IMG/VR virus record: IMGVR_UViG_3300017528_000567
Location: 62,001 to 126,000 of that record
DNA length: 64,000 nucleotides
Strand: one strand, 5' to 3'
Below, one piece after another: positions 39,301-47,397 of this stretch. Below the pieces are notes generated by a model. That model made no database searches and was not told the DNA's origin. It saw only the letters and a program-made list of their open reading frames with translations. Position numbers and translations under genes: made by a program. Each line of letters starts with the position of its first letter. The first letter of the stretch is position 1.

Positions 39301-40663
39301 GCGTAGCCGGGATCGTGCTCGTGTCCACGACACGTGCGCAGTTCCCCAAGAACATCACATCATCGATCAGCGTCCCGATGATCTGCCCGCCAGAGCCCGT
39401 CGAACCATCGAACGGGGTAGCGCCAGGAGTCGTTGTCGCCGCCGTAACCTGGAAGCTCGAACCCCAGTTGATCACACTCACATCCGTAGATGGATTGCTG
39501 ACCACGAAGTCCGTGCCCTGAATGAAATCGTTTCGGCCCGGGGAAATGCCACAACGCAGGACCGTTGTAACTAGACTGTTTGGCAGATAGTCAAATGTGT
39601 CCTGCCAGGTGTTAGCCCAGTATTGAATGGTGACCGTTGAACCCGGCGCTGGAGCGAAAGGCAACGTCACAATGCCGTTGGTACCGTCCACAGCCTCAGC
39701 AACTACCTGGACCCCGTCGACCTTTGCGACCACCTTGGACGTATCCGTGGTGGTCGTGCCGCCGCCCGAACCATCCACGATGGGCCGCTGAAACACGCGA
39801 AAATCGCGATTGCGGTTCGATGATGCCCCCGCGCTCCAACCCAGCGGACCGTTCGCGGTGCCGTCCCCGATCGTGATGCCGAACGGATTGGTCAGCTGCA
39901 GATGGTCACGGCCCTGATTGTCCGTGAACACAGAAGCCGAGAGGTTAGGCACGAGCGCCGCATTCACCGAGGAGGCGATCGAAGACGCCGCCAAGGTGCC
40001 ACCCGGCAAAACTACCGTAGCTGTGATGCCGTTGGCGGTAACGATGAACTGATCGTTGACCCCGGTGACGATGCTGAACAGATAGGTGTCCGGCGGAGCT
40101 GGCAGTGGCTGCAACGTGCCGTAACCCGGAGACACCAACGTGGCGTTCTCCGTAGAGACCTGCTCAGACACGTCATCCGTGAACGCCGTATCGCCGCGGT
40201 GGAAATAGTAGGTGACTCGAACCTGGTCATTCGGCTGAGTCGGAAGCTGGATGGTCACCAACCCCTTTTGGCCGTTCAAGCTGCCAAGCGACACCAAGGT
40301 GCCGTTCACGGAAACCGAGACCGCTCGCACGTCGTTCGTGACGCGACCAAACCCCTGACCATCCACGATGGGATAGTTGCGGACTCGGAACGTCGCCAAA
40401 GTCCCGTCCTGAACCCCCAACTGCAGGTTGTTCGGATTCGTCGAGTCAACGACCCAGCTCTCAGAGACGTCTTCATTGACGATCTGCTGGTCTACGGTCG
40501 CTGACGATCCGCGAACGAGCTCAAAATCATTTTGCTCCAGCTCTTCCTGGCCGACCCCAATCAACGCTGGGATTCTAAGACCCGCAACCAAGTTGGACGC
40601 ATTGGTTTCAGTGAGAGTGCGGGTGTAAACCCCCGGAGGCGCGTAGCTGAGGAAGGGACCCAT
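36359..40663 (-). CDS. Contractile tail sheath protein, unusually large (1434 aa)
   Basis: N-terminal YAPPGVYTRT; C-terminal sheath core (EANQTAVAGVT...IRHGLTT...IADFVQQ...FEMYYSPIFPLLYIVLTF); AGGAG RBS. Confidence 0.92.
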   Translation of the reverse strand: MGPFLSYAPPGVYTRTLTETNASNLVAGLRIPALIGVGQEELEQNDFELVRGSSATVDQQIVNEDVSESWVVDSTNPNNLQLGVQDGTLATFRVRNYPIVDGQGFGRVTNDVRAVSVSVNGTLVSLGSLNGQKGLVTIQLPTQPNDQVRVTYYFHRGDTAFTDDVSEQVSTENATLVSPGYGTLQPLPAPPDTYLFSIVTGVNDQFIVTANGITATVVLPGGTLAASSIASSVNAALVPNLSASVFTDNQGRDHLQLTNPFGITIGDGTANGPLGWSAGASSNRNRDFRVFQRPIVDGSGGGTTTTDTSKVVAKVDGVQVVAEAVDGTNGIVTLPFAPAPGSTVTIQYWANTWQDTFDYLPNSLVTTVLRCGISPGRNDFIQGTDFVVSNPSTDVSVINWGSSFQVTAATTTPGATPFDGSTGSGGQIIGTLIDDVMFLGNCARVVDTSTIPATLSPTDYLLPEVPTTGNGRSTALGLSTFNSVANSRQDLVTNRPDLVKVYTGRTLRDALNRPAVEVLEVDGTTRRIKLKASQPPDYHAYATFYYSRLVDDTYIFTNVVPGAVGAGQYTVFSSTQNKNLFEVRFGTKTGFSQIVQWPRGVELIPDAFHTGDGTPISEVVTVTFGEAPATNAAFTNKGAAPYSFYSPFSATWETEVDGNPVTANLNTASPAVMVGARVPLTALGGTAITIPASPGNVLKLKINGVAVPDISIPAGAQTPAAIAGFITTGLAAATSPGTLATATFEQIGATGDVFFIIKSTVTPAALPGGFDTSSNVTIDQGTVESVLGFTAFDSVSGTSGAINKPATLLGSLIGPFNITAALNDKFNFRLNGVDYNVTLTAGAARTATQVVADINGVVATAASVGTGSNLNKVRLTSTTNDPGSSLVINAGSANAVLGFIQNDSASQSLVEAQELVNVLMGPTGFSGDAVAYVESIGGGDHITIESLTTGVLSSIGFNATTNSAFNPTTGTGIVPGTDGDIGEDIQGNYTVSSSASAGGSEGVGIPGQTYTDANTGLRFTVLPASTGAYTTGGQFTLEVTPTWHVSPSIPRYSIGGLELLVTNTVGVGVNDTASLVTYNPSGVEPAVGDFYFISYRYLKQDYSAKIYQQLKTIEAAFGRTSAENRVTLAAYLAILNGAVLIIIKQVLKVPNTNQASDAAFNAAIDELASPLPGNIRPGIVIPLATSTSVYTHLTSHCEIQSNPRNQSERQGFIGFASGTSPTSVQSIARALNSSRIVAFYPDSAVITLTDELGASFDSIVDGSFYAAAVSGAIVSPAVDVATPYTHRRIQGFTRIPRVLDPVEANQTAVAGVTILEDLDPIIRIRHGLTTNMTSVLTRLPTVIQIADFVQQQSRSILDSFVGSKFLAARTNEVVVSMTGLFRSLVEAEIVGAFTGMTASIDPDDPTILRFEMYYSPIFPLLYIVLTFNLRARLA

Positions 40664-40756
40664 TGGCGGTTTATCTCCTAGTGAAGGACGTCACATCTAG
40701 ATCTGGGTGTGCGACGAGGCACAAAAGCAGTAGCTCTTTGGGTGCTGATCTTCATA

Positions 40757-40770
40757 GATCCCTAGGGATC
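40757..40770. promoter_or_regulatory. Perfect 14-bp palindrome upstream of the sheath gene
   Basis: GATCCCTAGGGATC in the 180-nt intergenic gap. Confidence 0.4.
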
Positions 40771-40843
40771 AACTACATCTCCACGCGATGGGAGCAATCT
40801 GATAGGACTAGACAACAAAAGAACTATTACCCCACTGGGTGGG

Positions 40844-41266
40844 TCAGCTGCGCCGCTCTCCCCGTATCCTCTTGAAGGCTTCACGGGCCAGCACTTTGCG
40901 AGCTGCTCTACCTTGATCTGACATAGGTTCATAATCGACGTAGTCCTGGCCTGTACGTCGAATCAGAGCGTGGGTCTCTCCTTGTGCCCGTGCCTGCTTT
41001 TTCACAGTCTCACGGGCCTGAATGTGCTCCCACCGTTCGCTGGCGTTTCGGCCAATGGCCTTGTCTGCCGACGGGTAATCGTGGTCGTGCACCCCGGAGT
41101 TAGCCGGCGCCCCCGAGCCCTGAGCAAACGCGAAATCGAACCCGCTGGGCACGAGCGGAGCCGAAGCCCGGCAGTTGGGGCAAGGATAAGAGACGTAGTT
41201 CTCCACCCGAAGGTTTCTCTCAAAGCGCAACACACAGGCAGAGCACTCAAAAGCATACCGCGGCAT
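40844..41266 (-). CDS. FmdB-family zinc-ribbon protein
   Basis: MPRYAFECSACVLRFE...YPCPNC matches the FmdB-type MPxYxYxCxxC...CPxC pattern. Confidence 0.8.
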   Translation of the reverse strand: MPRYAFECSACVLRFERNLRVENYVSYPCPNCRASAPLVPSGFDFAFAQGSGAPANSGVHDHDYPSADKAIGRNASERWEHIQARETVKKQARAQGETHALIRRTGQDYVDYEPMSDQGRAARKVLAREAFKRIRGERRS

Positions 41267-41274
41267 TGTCCATC

Positions 41275-42432
41275 CTATTTAATACGTTCGAAATCGTGGT
41301 TACGGCCGATGATCGCCGGCATAGTCGAGAACACCAGGCTGTTGTGTACGTCCCCGATAATCGTGGTACGGCTCTCCACACCCGGGACAGCTCGATTCGA
41401 CTCAGAGGTGACAACGGTAATTGTCAGAGGCAGCGGCTCGTGAACCTCCCAAGGGGTCTGGAGCTGAAGACTCAGGGAGGCCGTGTAGAAAAACTCATCC
41501 CCGGTCTCATCCGCCACTTCTTCAGCTTCACCGCCGATCGACACATCCACCACTTCGATCCCCTCTGCGGACAGGATCGGTCTTTTTTGGTAGAGCAAAT
41601 ACATCATCGTGAGGTCCGCGAGCTCCTCCATTTGATGGGGGTCGCGGGCGATCACATCCATCTCAAACGTCAGATCGAATCTGCCGCCGTAGGCATTGGC
41701 GGTCGGGGTCCGATCGTCATAGACAACCACGGCGACCTTGTCGCCGGTCTTCCCCCTCTTACCGAACGCCAGGACCGCCCCCGGCAGCGTCCGAAAGTCC
41801 GAGTGGTTCCATTGATAGGGAACCGGCCCGATAGACTGGACGGGGTATCGGTAGTCAGCCGTGATCACGGCACCGGGAGGGAACCGATCAAGGAATACGA
41901 GGCCCCCGGTCGCGTAATCCACCGTGTAGTGCTTGTTCTCTACCAGTCGATAGTTGCGATTCTGCCACAGGCGTAGCGTGCCCTGCAGCGGCAACTGTTG
42001 CAGCTGGCCCACCGTTTCGATACCAGATAAAAATCGGATGACCGGCTCATCGTTCACGGTGAGCAGCGGGTCAACCATGAACTTGCCGACAGACTGCGCA
42101 TCCTCCGGGGCTTGGAGGATCTCGATGTAGTAGATGCCTGGAGGCAAAGGCATTCGGCCCCCGTACGCATCTAGATGGGCGGCATCCTCGACAACCCACT
42201 CAATCGGAAAGCTCGGCGCTCCCACATAGGCAAGCATCACGTAGCTGTTCAAGGTCCCGATGAACTGATCCGCTGCGAGCGAGACCTTGTTGGCAGAGGC
42301 CCCTTTGACCACTATGCCGAACTGCGGCCTCTCGGAAAAGGCGTACTTATTCTCGATGCTCGAAACGATCTTGTTGTAGACCGGATGCTGGGCAAACGAA
42401 TCCTTCAGCTCAAGAATGAGCCGCCGCTTCAT
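41275..42432 (-). CDS. Tail terminator / completion protein (T4 gp15-like position)
   Basis: Upstream of the sheath gene; C-terminal GGRFDLTFEMDVIARD...ELADL...YTASLSLQLQTPW resembles the terminator fold. The true start may be upstream (ATC 42456). Confidence 0.65.
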   Translation of the reverse strand: MKRRLILELKDSFAQHPVYNKIVSSIENKYAFSERPQFGIVVKGASANKVSLAADQFIGTLNSYVMLAYVGAPSFPIEWVVEDAAHLDAYGGRMPLPPGIYYIEILQAPEDAQSVGKFMVDPLLTVNDEPVIRFLSGIETVGQLQQLPLQGTLRLWQNRNYRLVENKHYTVDYATGGLVFLDRFPPGAVITADYRYPVQSIGPVPYQWNHSDFRTLPGAVLAFGKRGKTGDKVAVVVYDDRTPTANAYGGRFDLTFEMDVIARDPHQMEELADLTMMYLLYQKRPILSAEGIEVVDVSIGGEAEEVADETGDEFFYTASLSLQLQTPWEVHEPLPLTITVVTSESNRAVPGVESRTTIIGDVHNSLVFSTMPAIIGRNHDFERIK

Positions 42433-42465
42433 CGCGTTGAGGAGGTTGTAGTAGATGGCAGCCCC

Positions 42466-43488
42466 CTACCCAGAGTGCTCCTCGGTCGCCAGCACAAGGA
42501 GCCCTTCAGCAACAGCGGTCATCGGATCTTTGGCCGGGCGGACCTCGCTGATCTGAATCGGAAAGCCCCGCTTCTTGATCGCCTCGAATTCGTCCATGAA
42601 GACTTCCATGAAGCCCCCGGCGCGCGTCGTGCCCCCACTCACAATGAAAGGGATCGGCTCGGGCAGATTGATCCCCGCCTGATTCTTCCGGAACTGGACG
42701 GCGATGTTCTCGAGCACGTACTTGATGAGCGACCGAATGTAGAGCGCGACCGCTTCTTCCTCGCGGGATTGCGGCTTGACGAGCTCAACGCCCTTTTCCT
42801 TGATCGCGCACATACGAGCGGCCGTGTTGCCCACCGCCTTTGCAGCGTGCGAGTCGACCCAGTCACCCCCGCGAGCAACGGAGAAATCCATGCCCTTGAT
42901 GGTCTGATATGCCAGCGCGATGTTGCCCATACCAGAGCCAAAGCTCACGGATAGACCAGAGAAGTTCTCCGCGGCGCATTGCGAGTAGATGATCGCCATG
43001 GCCTCGTTCATGGGGTGCGGCGTGTACCCGAGCTCCCCGAGGATCTTCCGAAAGACCTCTTGGTGGTAGATGATGTCCTGGGCGGTATCATCCACAGGGG
43101 ACGCCGGCACACTGTAGTAACAGTGCTCGCCCTTCACGATGGGCTCACCGATGACGTTTGAGATCAACAGGCTGAGGATCTGCTGGGCGTCCAACTCTCC
43201 CGCCGCGATCACACCCCTGCTTAGCGGGCGCCGTACCTCGCGATTGAACAGGTTAGCCATGGTCAACGCGGAGTCGCCAAGTACGACCAGGGTGCCTTGG
43301 CGCTCTACGTAGTCGACCTTAGAAAGGCGAAGCGTCTTCTTCGCCTCTAGATCCAAGTCAAGGAAGGCGTCACGAATTCGTCTCAACTCCAGGCTGTCCC
43401 CGTCCGCCAACTGGCGGGCTGAGACGATATTCATAGTGCCTAAGTCGAGCCCACACGCGGGCTTGTATTTTGACATCTCAATCTCCAT
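42466..43488 (-). CDS. Actin-family ATPase, volactin/MamK-like
   Basis: Phosphate-1 GLDLGTMN, connect-1 NEAMA, phosphate-2 SFGSG, ARGGDWVD, adenosine VSGGT and connect-2 TAVAEG. The likely start is ATG 43476 (GGAG RBS). Confidence 0.88.
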   Translation of the reverse strand: MEIEMSKYKPACGLDLGTMNIVSARQLADGDSLELRRIRDAFLDLDLEAKKTLRLSKVDYVERQGTLVVLGDSALTMANLFNREVRRPLSRGVIAAGELDAQQILSLLISNVIGEPIVKGEHCYYSVPASPVDDTAQDIIYHQEVFRKILGELGYTPHPMNEAMAIIYSQCAAENFSGLSVSFGSGMGNIALAYQTIKGMDFSVARGGDWVDSHAAKAVGNTAARMCAIKEKGVELVKPQSREEEAVALYIRSLIKYVLENIAVQFRKNQAGINLPEPIPFIVSGGTTRAGGFMEVFMDEFEAIKKRGFPIQISEVRPAKDPMTAVAEGLLVLATEEHSG

Positions 43489-43514
43489 CCATAGGCCCGA
43501 TTATTGGGCGCGGT

Positions 43515-44159
43515 CTAACGACTGTCGTAACTGTAGGTTTCCGGGCCTCCCCTACGCTGCTGCAGCAGGTAGACGAACTCTTCATGCTTATCTGCTACAC
43601 CTTGCAGCAGGTTGTCCGTTCCTGAGCTCAGAGCGCCCCTATCCTCTAGCCGGCTCCTTGCCGTCTCCAGGCAATCGACCACGCATCGCTCCACCTCAAG
43701 ACTCTGTCCAACCATCTCTAAGGGAGTCGGGGGCGCAGGCGACCGGCACCAGTGCCGCACCAAAACGGGGATCATATCGGCCTGAAGTTTGGGGCACACC
43801 GCGGCATCGCCCCCCGTACCGACCGCCCTCTCTGCGATTTGATCGATGAAGCCTACCGATTCGTTGTAGAGCCGCTCGAACAAGAGATGGTCGCCGTACT
43901 GAGCCGTCCCATAGGTTTGCCAGTGGTGACTTTGGTGAACCAACGCGGCGGCTCTCAACACCGCGACCAAGACGCCGAGCTCCGAGGCCAGAGTTCCTTC
44001 GGGCATCTCGAGCAACAGGGACTCTAGTACCCCATCACCCATCGACGCGATCTTGGGCTTGGATTCCGGCAAATAGGGCGCGCCGTTGTCGGACGGCTCA
44101 AAAGCCAGCGGATCAACCCAGAGAGCATGTATGGAGTCTTGTCCCATGGGGGTCACCAC
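43515..44159 (-). CDS. Dps / ferritin-like protein
   Basis: HQSHHWQTYG...YGDHLLFERLY...IDQIAER and NLLQGVADKHEEFVYLL are Dps-like four-helix-bundle signatures. Confidence 0.82.
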   Translation of the reverse strand: MVTPMGQDSIHALWVDPLAFEPSDNGAPYLPESKPKIASMGDGVLESLLLEMPEGTLASELGVLVAVLRAAALVHQSHHWQTYGTAQYGDHLLFERLYNESVGFIDQIAERAVGTGGDAAVCPKLQADMIPVLVRHWCRSPAPPTPLEMVGQSLEVERCVVDCLETARSRLEDRGALSSGTDNLLQGVADKHEEFVYLLQQRRGGPETYSYDSR

Positions 44160-44458
44160 GCATCGTCATCATCCCACCCCGGCCCGCGAGCATTCTTTTC
44201 CTTGCGCTCCTCCTTCATCTCCTTGCCAACTTGAGCTGGCGTAAAGCGCTCAGGTCGCGCGGAAAAAGACTTCCCAGAGAACGGCGACTTAACGGTTGTC
44301 CTCTTGGTCTCTAGATAGAAAACATTGCCGTCTGCGTCCTGGTACTTCCAAAGAAGTGCCGCACCACTTGGCTGAACGGAGTCGATTCCTGCTCTACGAG
44401 AGACTCTGGCGGCCAGAGCTCTGGCCTCCGCTGATACACTGGCTTGACGTGGATGCAT
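44153..44458 (-). CDS. Hypothetical protein (101 aa)
   Basis: Co-oriented; overlaps the Dps-like gene start; purine-rich RBS upstream. Confidence 0.7.
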   Translation of the reverse strand: MHPRQASVSAEARALAARVSRRAGIDSVQPSGAALLWKYQDADGNVFYLETKRTTVKSPFSGKSFSARPERFTPAQVGKEMKEERKEKNARGPGWDDDDAW

Positions 44459-44509
44459 GGATGGATTGTTCCTCTTCCTCTATTCAGGGGTTTTGCAAGA
44501 AAGGTTTAA

Positions 44510-45151
44510 TCAAGGGCTCCGTTCTTTCTTGCGCAGCTGGCGCAAAAGATCGGCGGCCTCGGTGACCGCGTCCGATGTGGACTCCTCACCCTGAATATTG
44601 ATGCGAGCGTCAAGGTCCTTGGACCGAATCTCTGCAGGGAGAAACGTCGGAGCGGAGCCGTCTACAACCTCTTCCACGGGCTTCGCTGCTGGGGCACCTG
44701 CCACAGGTGGAGCTACTCCAACAGCTGGCGATGCCGCCACGCCTGACTGGATTGCCTTCAAGATCTCGTCGAGTTTGGCGGAATGGGCGTGCGCGCTACC
44801 GTCGAGCTGCCGCTTCAACGCCTCATTCTCGGTCTGTAGACGTGCGGCGAGGGCTTCCAGCTGCGCCGTGTACTTCTCCAGGCGAGCCTTATCCGGGTCT
44901 TGCGGAGCGCCCGCCGTCCCGCTCGGGTATGGTGCCGATGGGACCTGGCATAGGAAGCCTTGCGAGATCGCGCGCCAGAGATCTTTAGATATCAAGGCCT
45001 GATCCTCCGGGATGACCACCAACGTCCGAAACGCTACGTCCCTGCCGATGTCCTCGATCACGTGATTGCCGGCAACCATCCCAATCACGCGCACGTCGCC
45101 TCTCATCTTTTTCATCCATCGATTCCTCAGCCATTTACATAGGCGGCGCAT
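44510..45151 (-). CDS. Hypothetical coiled-coil protein
   Basis: Start is ATG 45151 (coupled to the upstream TGA) or ATG 45115 (GAGGA RBS); the track start at 45298 overlaps the upstream gene. Confidence 0.7.
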   Translation of the reverse strand: MRRLCKWLRNRWMKKMRGDVRVIGMVAGNHVIEDIGRDVAFRTLVVIPEDQALISKDLWRAISQGFLCQVPSAPYPSGTAGAPQDPDKARLEKYTAQLEALAARLQTENEALKRQLDGSAHAHSAKLDEILKAIQSGVAASPAVGVAPPVAGAPAAKPVEEVVDGSAPTFLPAEIRSKDLDARINIQGEESTSDAVTEAADLLRQLRKKERSP

Positions 45152-45152
45152 A

Positions 45153-45689
45153 TCACTTCTTCTTCGCGGCTTTGCGCAGTTGCTTCGCGACTTCCTGCTT
45201 GAACTTGTCGCGAAGAAACGCCCGAGCTTCCTGCTTAGCGCGTTGTAAAAAGTCCGAGGGCTGCCGTCCTGGGTGCAACCAGCCCCGTTTTCGCCCAACG
45301 TTTGGACCTGTCATCGGCCCCTGTGACCAAGTCAAAGACCGAGCATGAGCGCTCCGGAAGATCAGCTTGCCGGTCTCTGTGATGATCGGAATTGGGCGCT
45401 TGGCCTTCTTGAGCCAAGTCATCTGCCGGCGCTTCTGGCCCAGCACGAGGGCCTCAAACCCCGGATGGTCGGTTGTCACCACCAGAGAGGCGGGTCGCAT
45501 CTCAACCTTAATGGATTTGGCCAGGGACTTCTTGGCTCTAGCCGAGTACGTGGTCTGCGCGAGCTTTTTCCTGATACGGGTCATGAGCTCCGTGCGAGCC
45601 TTCCGCAGGGCTGGCTCCATGTCGCCGACGGATGAGAGCCCGCCTCCGAACAGAGGATTCATCATCACGCGTGCTGCGATGAACGCCAT
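45153..45689 (-). CDS. Neck / tail-completion protein (HK97 gp10-like)
   Basis: Basic 178-aa protein with ...WLHPG...FLQRA ending typical of gp10-like neck proteins; sits in the neck cluster. Confidence 0.55.
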   Translation of the reverse strand: MAFIAARVMMNPLFGGGLSSVGDMEPALRKARTELMTRIRKKLAQTTYSARAKKSLAKSIKVEMRPASLVVTTDHPGFEALVLGQKRRQMTWLKKAKRPIPIITETGKLIFRSAHARSLTWSQGPMTGPNVGRKRGWLHPGRQPSDFLQRAKQEARAFLRDKFKQEVAKQLRKAAKKK

Positions 45690-47050
45690 TAGTACTCGAT
45701 GTTCTCCCAGACCTTAGTCCGGCCTCTAAGCTCCCGCTCATCCGGGATATTGGGCTTCTCCGTGATGCTGGTGTCGGCCTCGCGCTCGGGTCCCGACGGT
45801 GCAAACTGCACAGCCGCGAACTTCACCGGATTGCCCACCGGCACGCGATAGCGGATATCCTGCTCATCTAGATGGCCGATGTTGAAGTGCTGCTGAAGCA
45901 CCATGCCGCGATTCGAAGGAAAGCGAACCGCGCCAATCGAATACCGCTCGCCGTTGAGCTTCACCACGAAATCGCGCTGAGACAGAATAGGAGCCGGGCC
46001 AGTCCACACCTCATACGTGTGCTCGACCGAGCGTCCGGTCTCCTTCTGAGTGATGCGGCGGTCAGCATCGTCGGGTGCGATCAGGGCATCATAAGGCCCC
46101 TCGTACCCGCCAAGAAAACCAGTCCCGTAGCACTTGGGACAGTCGTTGATCGGCTGCTTGTGGTAGTCATCCGGCACGCACGAGCAAGGCACCCCGACGT
46201 GTTTGCGAAGGAAAATCTTCACGCGCTCGCCACCCTGCTCTAGGATGAACCGGTTGCGACGCACCGACTCACGCCAGATGTAATCGAGCTTCTCGATCTC
46301 CATCGAGTTCGTAGCCGTTGCAAACTCGATCGGAGTCTCGATCAAGTTCTCACATTGCACTTGGCTCAAGTCACAGCCCACGCGGACCCCGACGCTCGTG
46401 ACTCGATAGAAGACCCGTTGCGCGAGGTCCGTGCGCAGGAGCTCGCGATTACGTCGATACGTACAGGTGACGATGCTGTTCGGGCCGGGGACCAGGGACG
46501 GGTCCCACTGTTGCCGCGTCACGTCCGCGTAGATGTACGGGTCAATCTCAACTTCACCAGAGAACCCGTGCACCTTCAATGGCCGGACGGTGACCCCGTC
46601 GATCTTGACCCATACGTCATCTGGCAGATCCGCGGTAATCGCCTGCGAACCCTCCCGTACGATCGGGCTATGCAACGTCTTGAAAACCCAACGTGGCGCG
46701 GCTGGCCCAGCCGCCGATTCTTCTTCGCCTTTGAGAACGAAACGCCCCGTAACGTCCTCGTCTACGATGAGCTCATTGTCGGTCTGGTCGCGCCAATAGT
46801 TAGCGCAGATGAGCAACTCGGAGATGCGCTCGAAGGGGCCGTACTCAGAATCAAACGAACGGTACAGATTGACCCCGAGCAGCTGATACAGGCTGTTCAA
46901 GGGGAGCGTCGCCGGGGAGTCCCATCTGAGATCGAACACCCCGGGGCGATACCCGCTGGTCAGAAACAAGTTGAGCGGAGGCAGCGGCCAAGGAGTCTTG
47001 GTGTACTCCAGCTCGGTCGTGTTCCAATCGCGATTTGATGCATACGGCAC
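45689..47050 (-). CDS. Head-closure / neck protein with Zn finger
   Basis: GGERVKIFLRK...CSC...DCPKCYGTGFLGGY followed by a head-closure-like WTGPAPILSQRDFVV...RYSI segment; Fn3-like N-terminus. Confidence 0.65.
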   Translation of the reverse strand: MPYASNRDWNTTELEYTKTPWPLPPLNLFLTSGYRPGVFDLRWDSPATLPLNSLYQLLGVNLYRSFDSEYGPFERISELLICANYWRDQTDNELIVDEDVTGRFVLKGEEESAAGPAAPRWVFKTLHSPIVREGSQAITADLPDDVWVKIDGVTVRPLKVHGFSGEVEIDPYIYADVTRQQWDPSLVPGPNSIVTCTYRRNRELLRTDLAQRVFYRVTSVGVRVGCDLSQVQCENLIETPIEFATATNSMEIEKLDYIWRESVRRNRFILEQGGERVKIFLRKHVGVPCSCVPDDYHKQPINDCPKCYGTGFLGGYEGPYDALIAPDDADRRITQKETGRSVEHTYEVWTGPAPILSQRDFVVKLNGERYSIGAVRFPSNRGMVLQQHFNIGHLDEQDIRYRVPVGNPVKFAAVQFAPSGPEREADTSITEKPNIPDERELRGRTKVWENIEY

Positions 47051-47087
47051 GGGCTACCCCTCTAGAGAGAGGGCACAAGAGAAAAGA

Positions 47088-47390
47088 CTAGGGAGCCGCG
47101 GGCTCCTCCGAGGCGGCTTCTGCCTTCCGGTCCAAAAGCTTGATCTCACCTGTCTTGTCATTGATGGAGACGGGGGTGCCCGGCTGAAGCCCCCGCTCGA
47201 TCAGCACCTGCTCGAACAAGCGTTGCTTCTGCTGGTCCACCTGATGAGCAGCCGCCAGAACTCGGACCCGCTCCTGCTCGAGTTCGAGTAGGCGCAGCCC
47301 GAGCTCGTAGCGGGCTCCATCAAGCTCAGAGAATTTGGCGAGAACATCCGCCTGTACCGGGTCACTTAGGGTCAGGGCCGACTTGGGCAT
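47088..47390 (-). CDS. Small coiled-coil hypothetical protein (100 aa)
   Basis: ATG 47390 preceded by GGGGG after the upstream TAG. Confidence 0.7.
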   Translation of the reverse strand: MPKSALTLSDPVQADVLAKFSELDGARYELGLRLLELEQERVRVLAAAHQVDQQKQRLFEQVLIERGLQPGTPVSINDKTGEIKLLDRKAEAASEEPAAP

Positions 47391-47397
47391 GCCCCCG

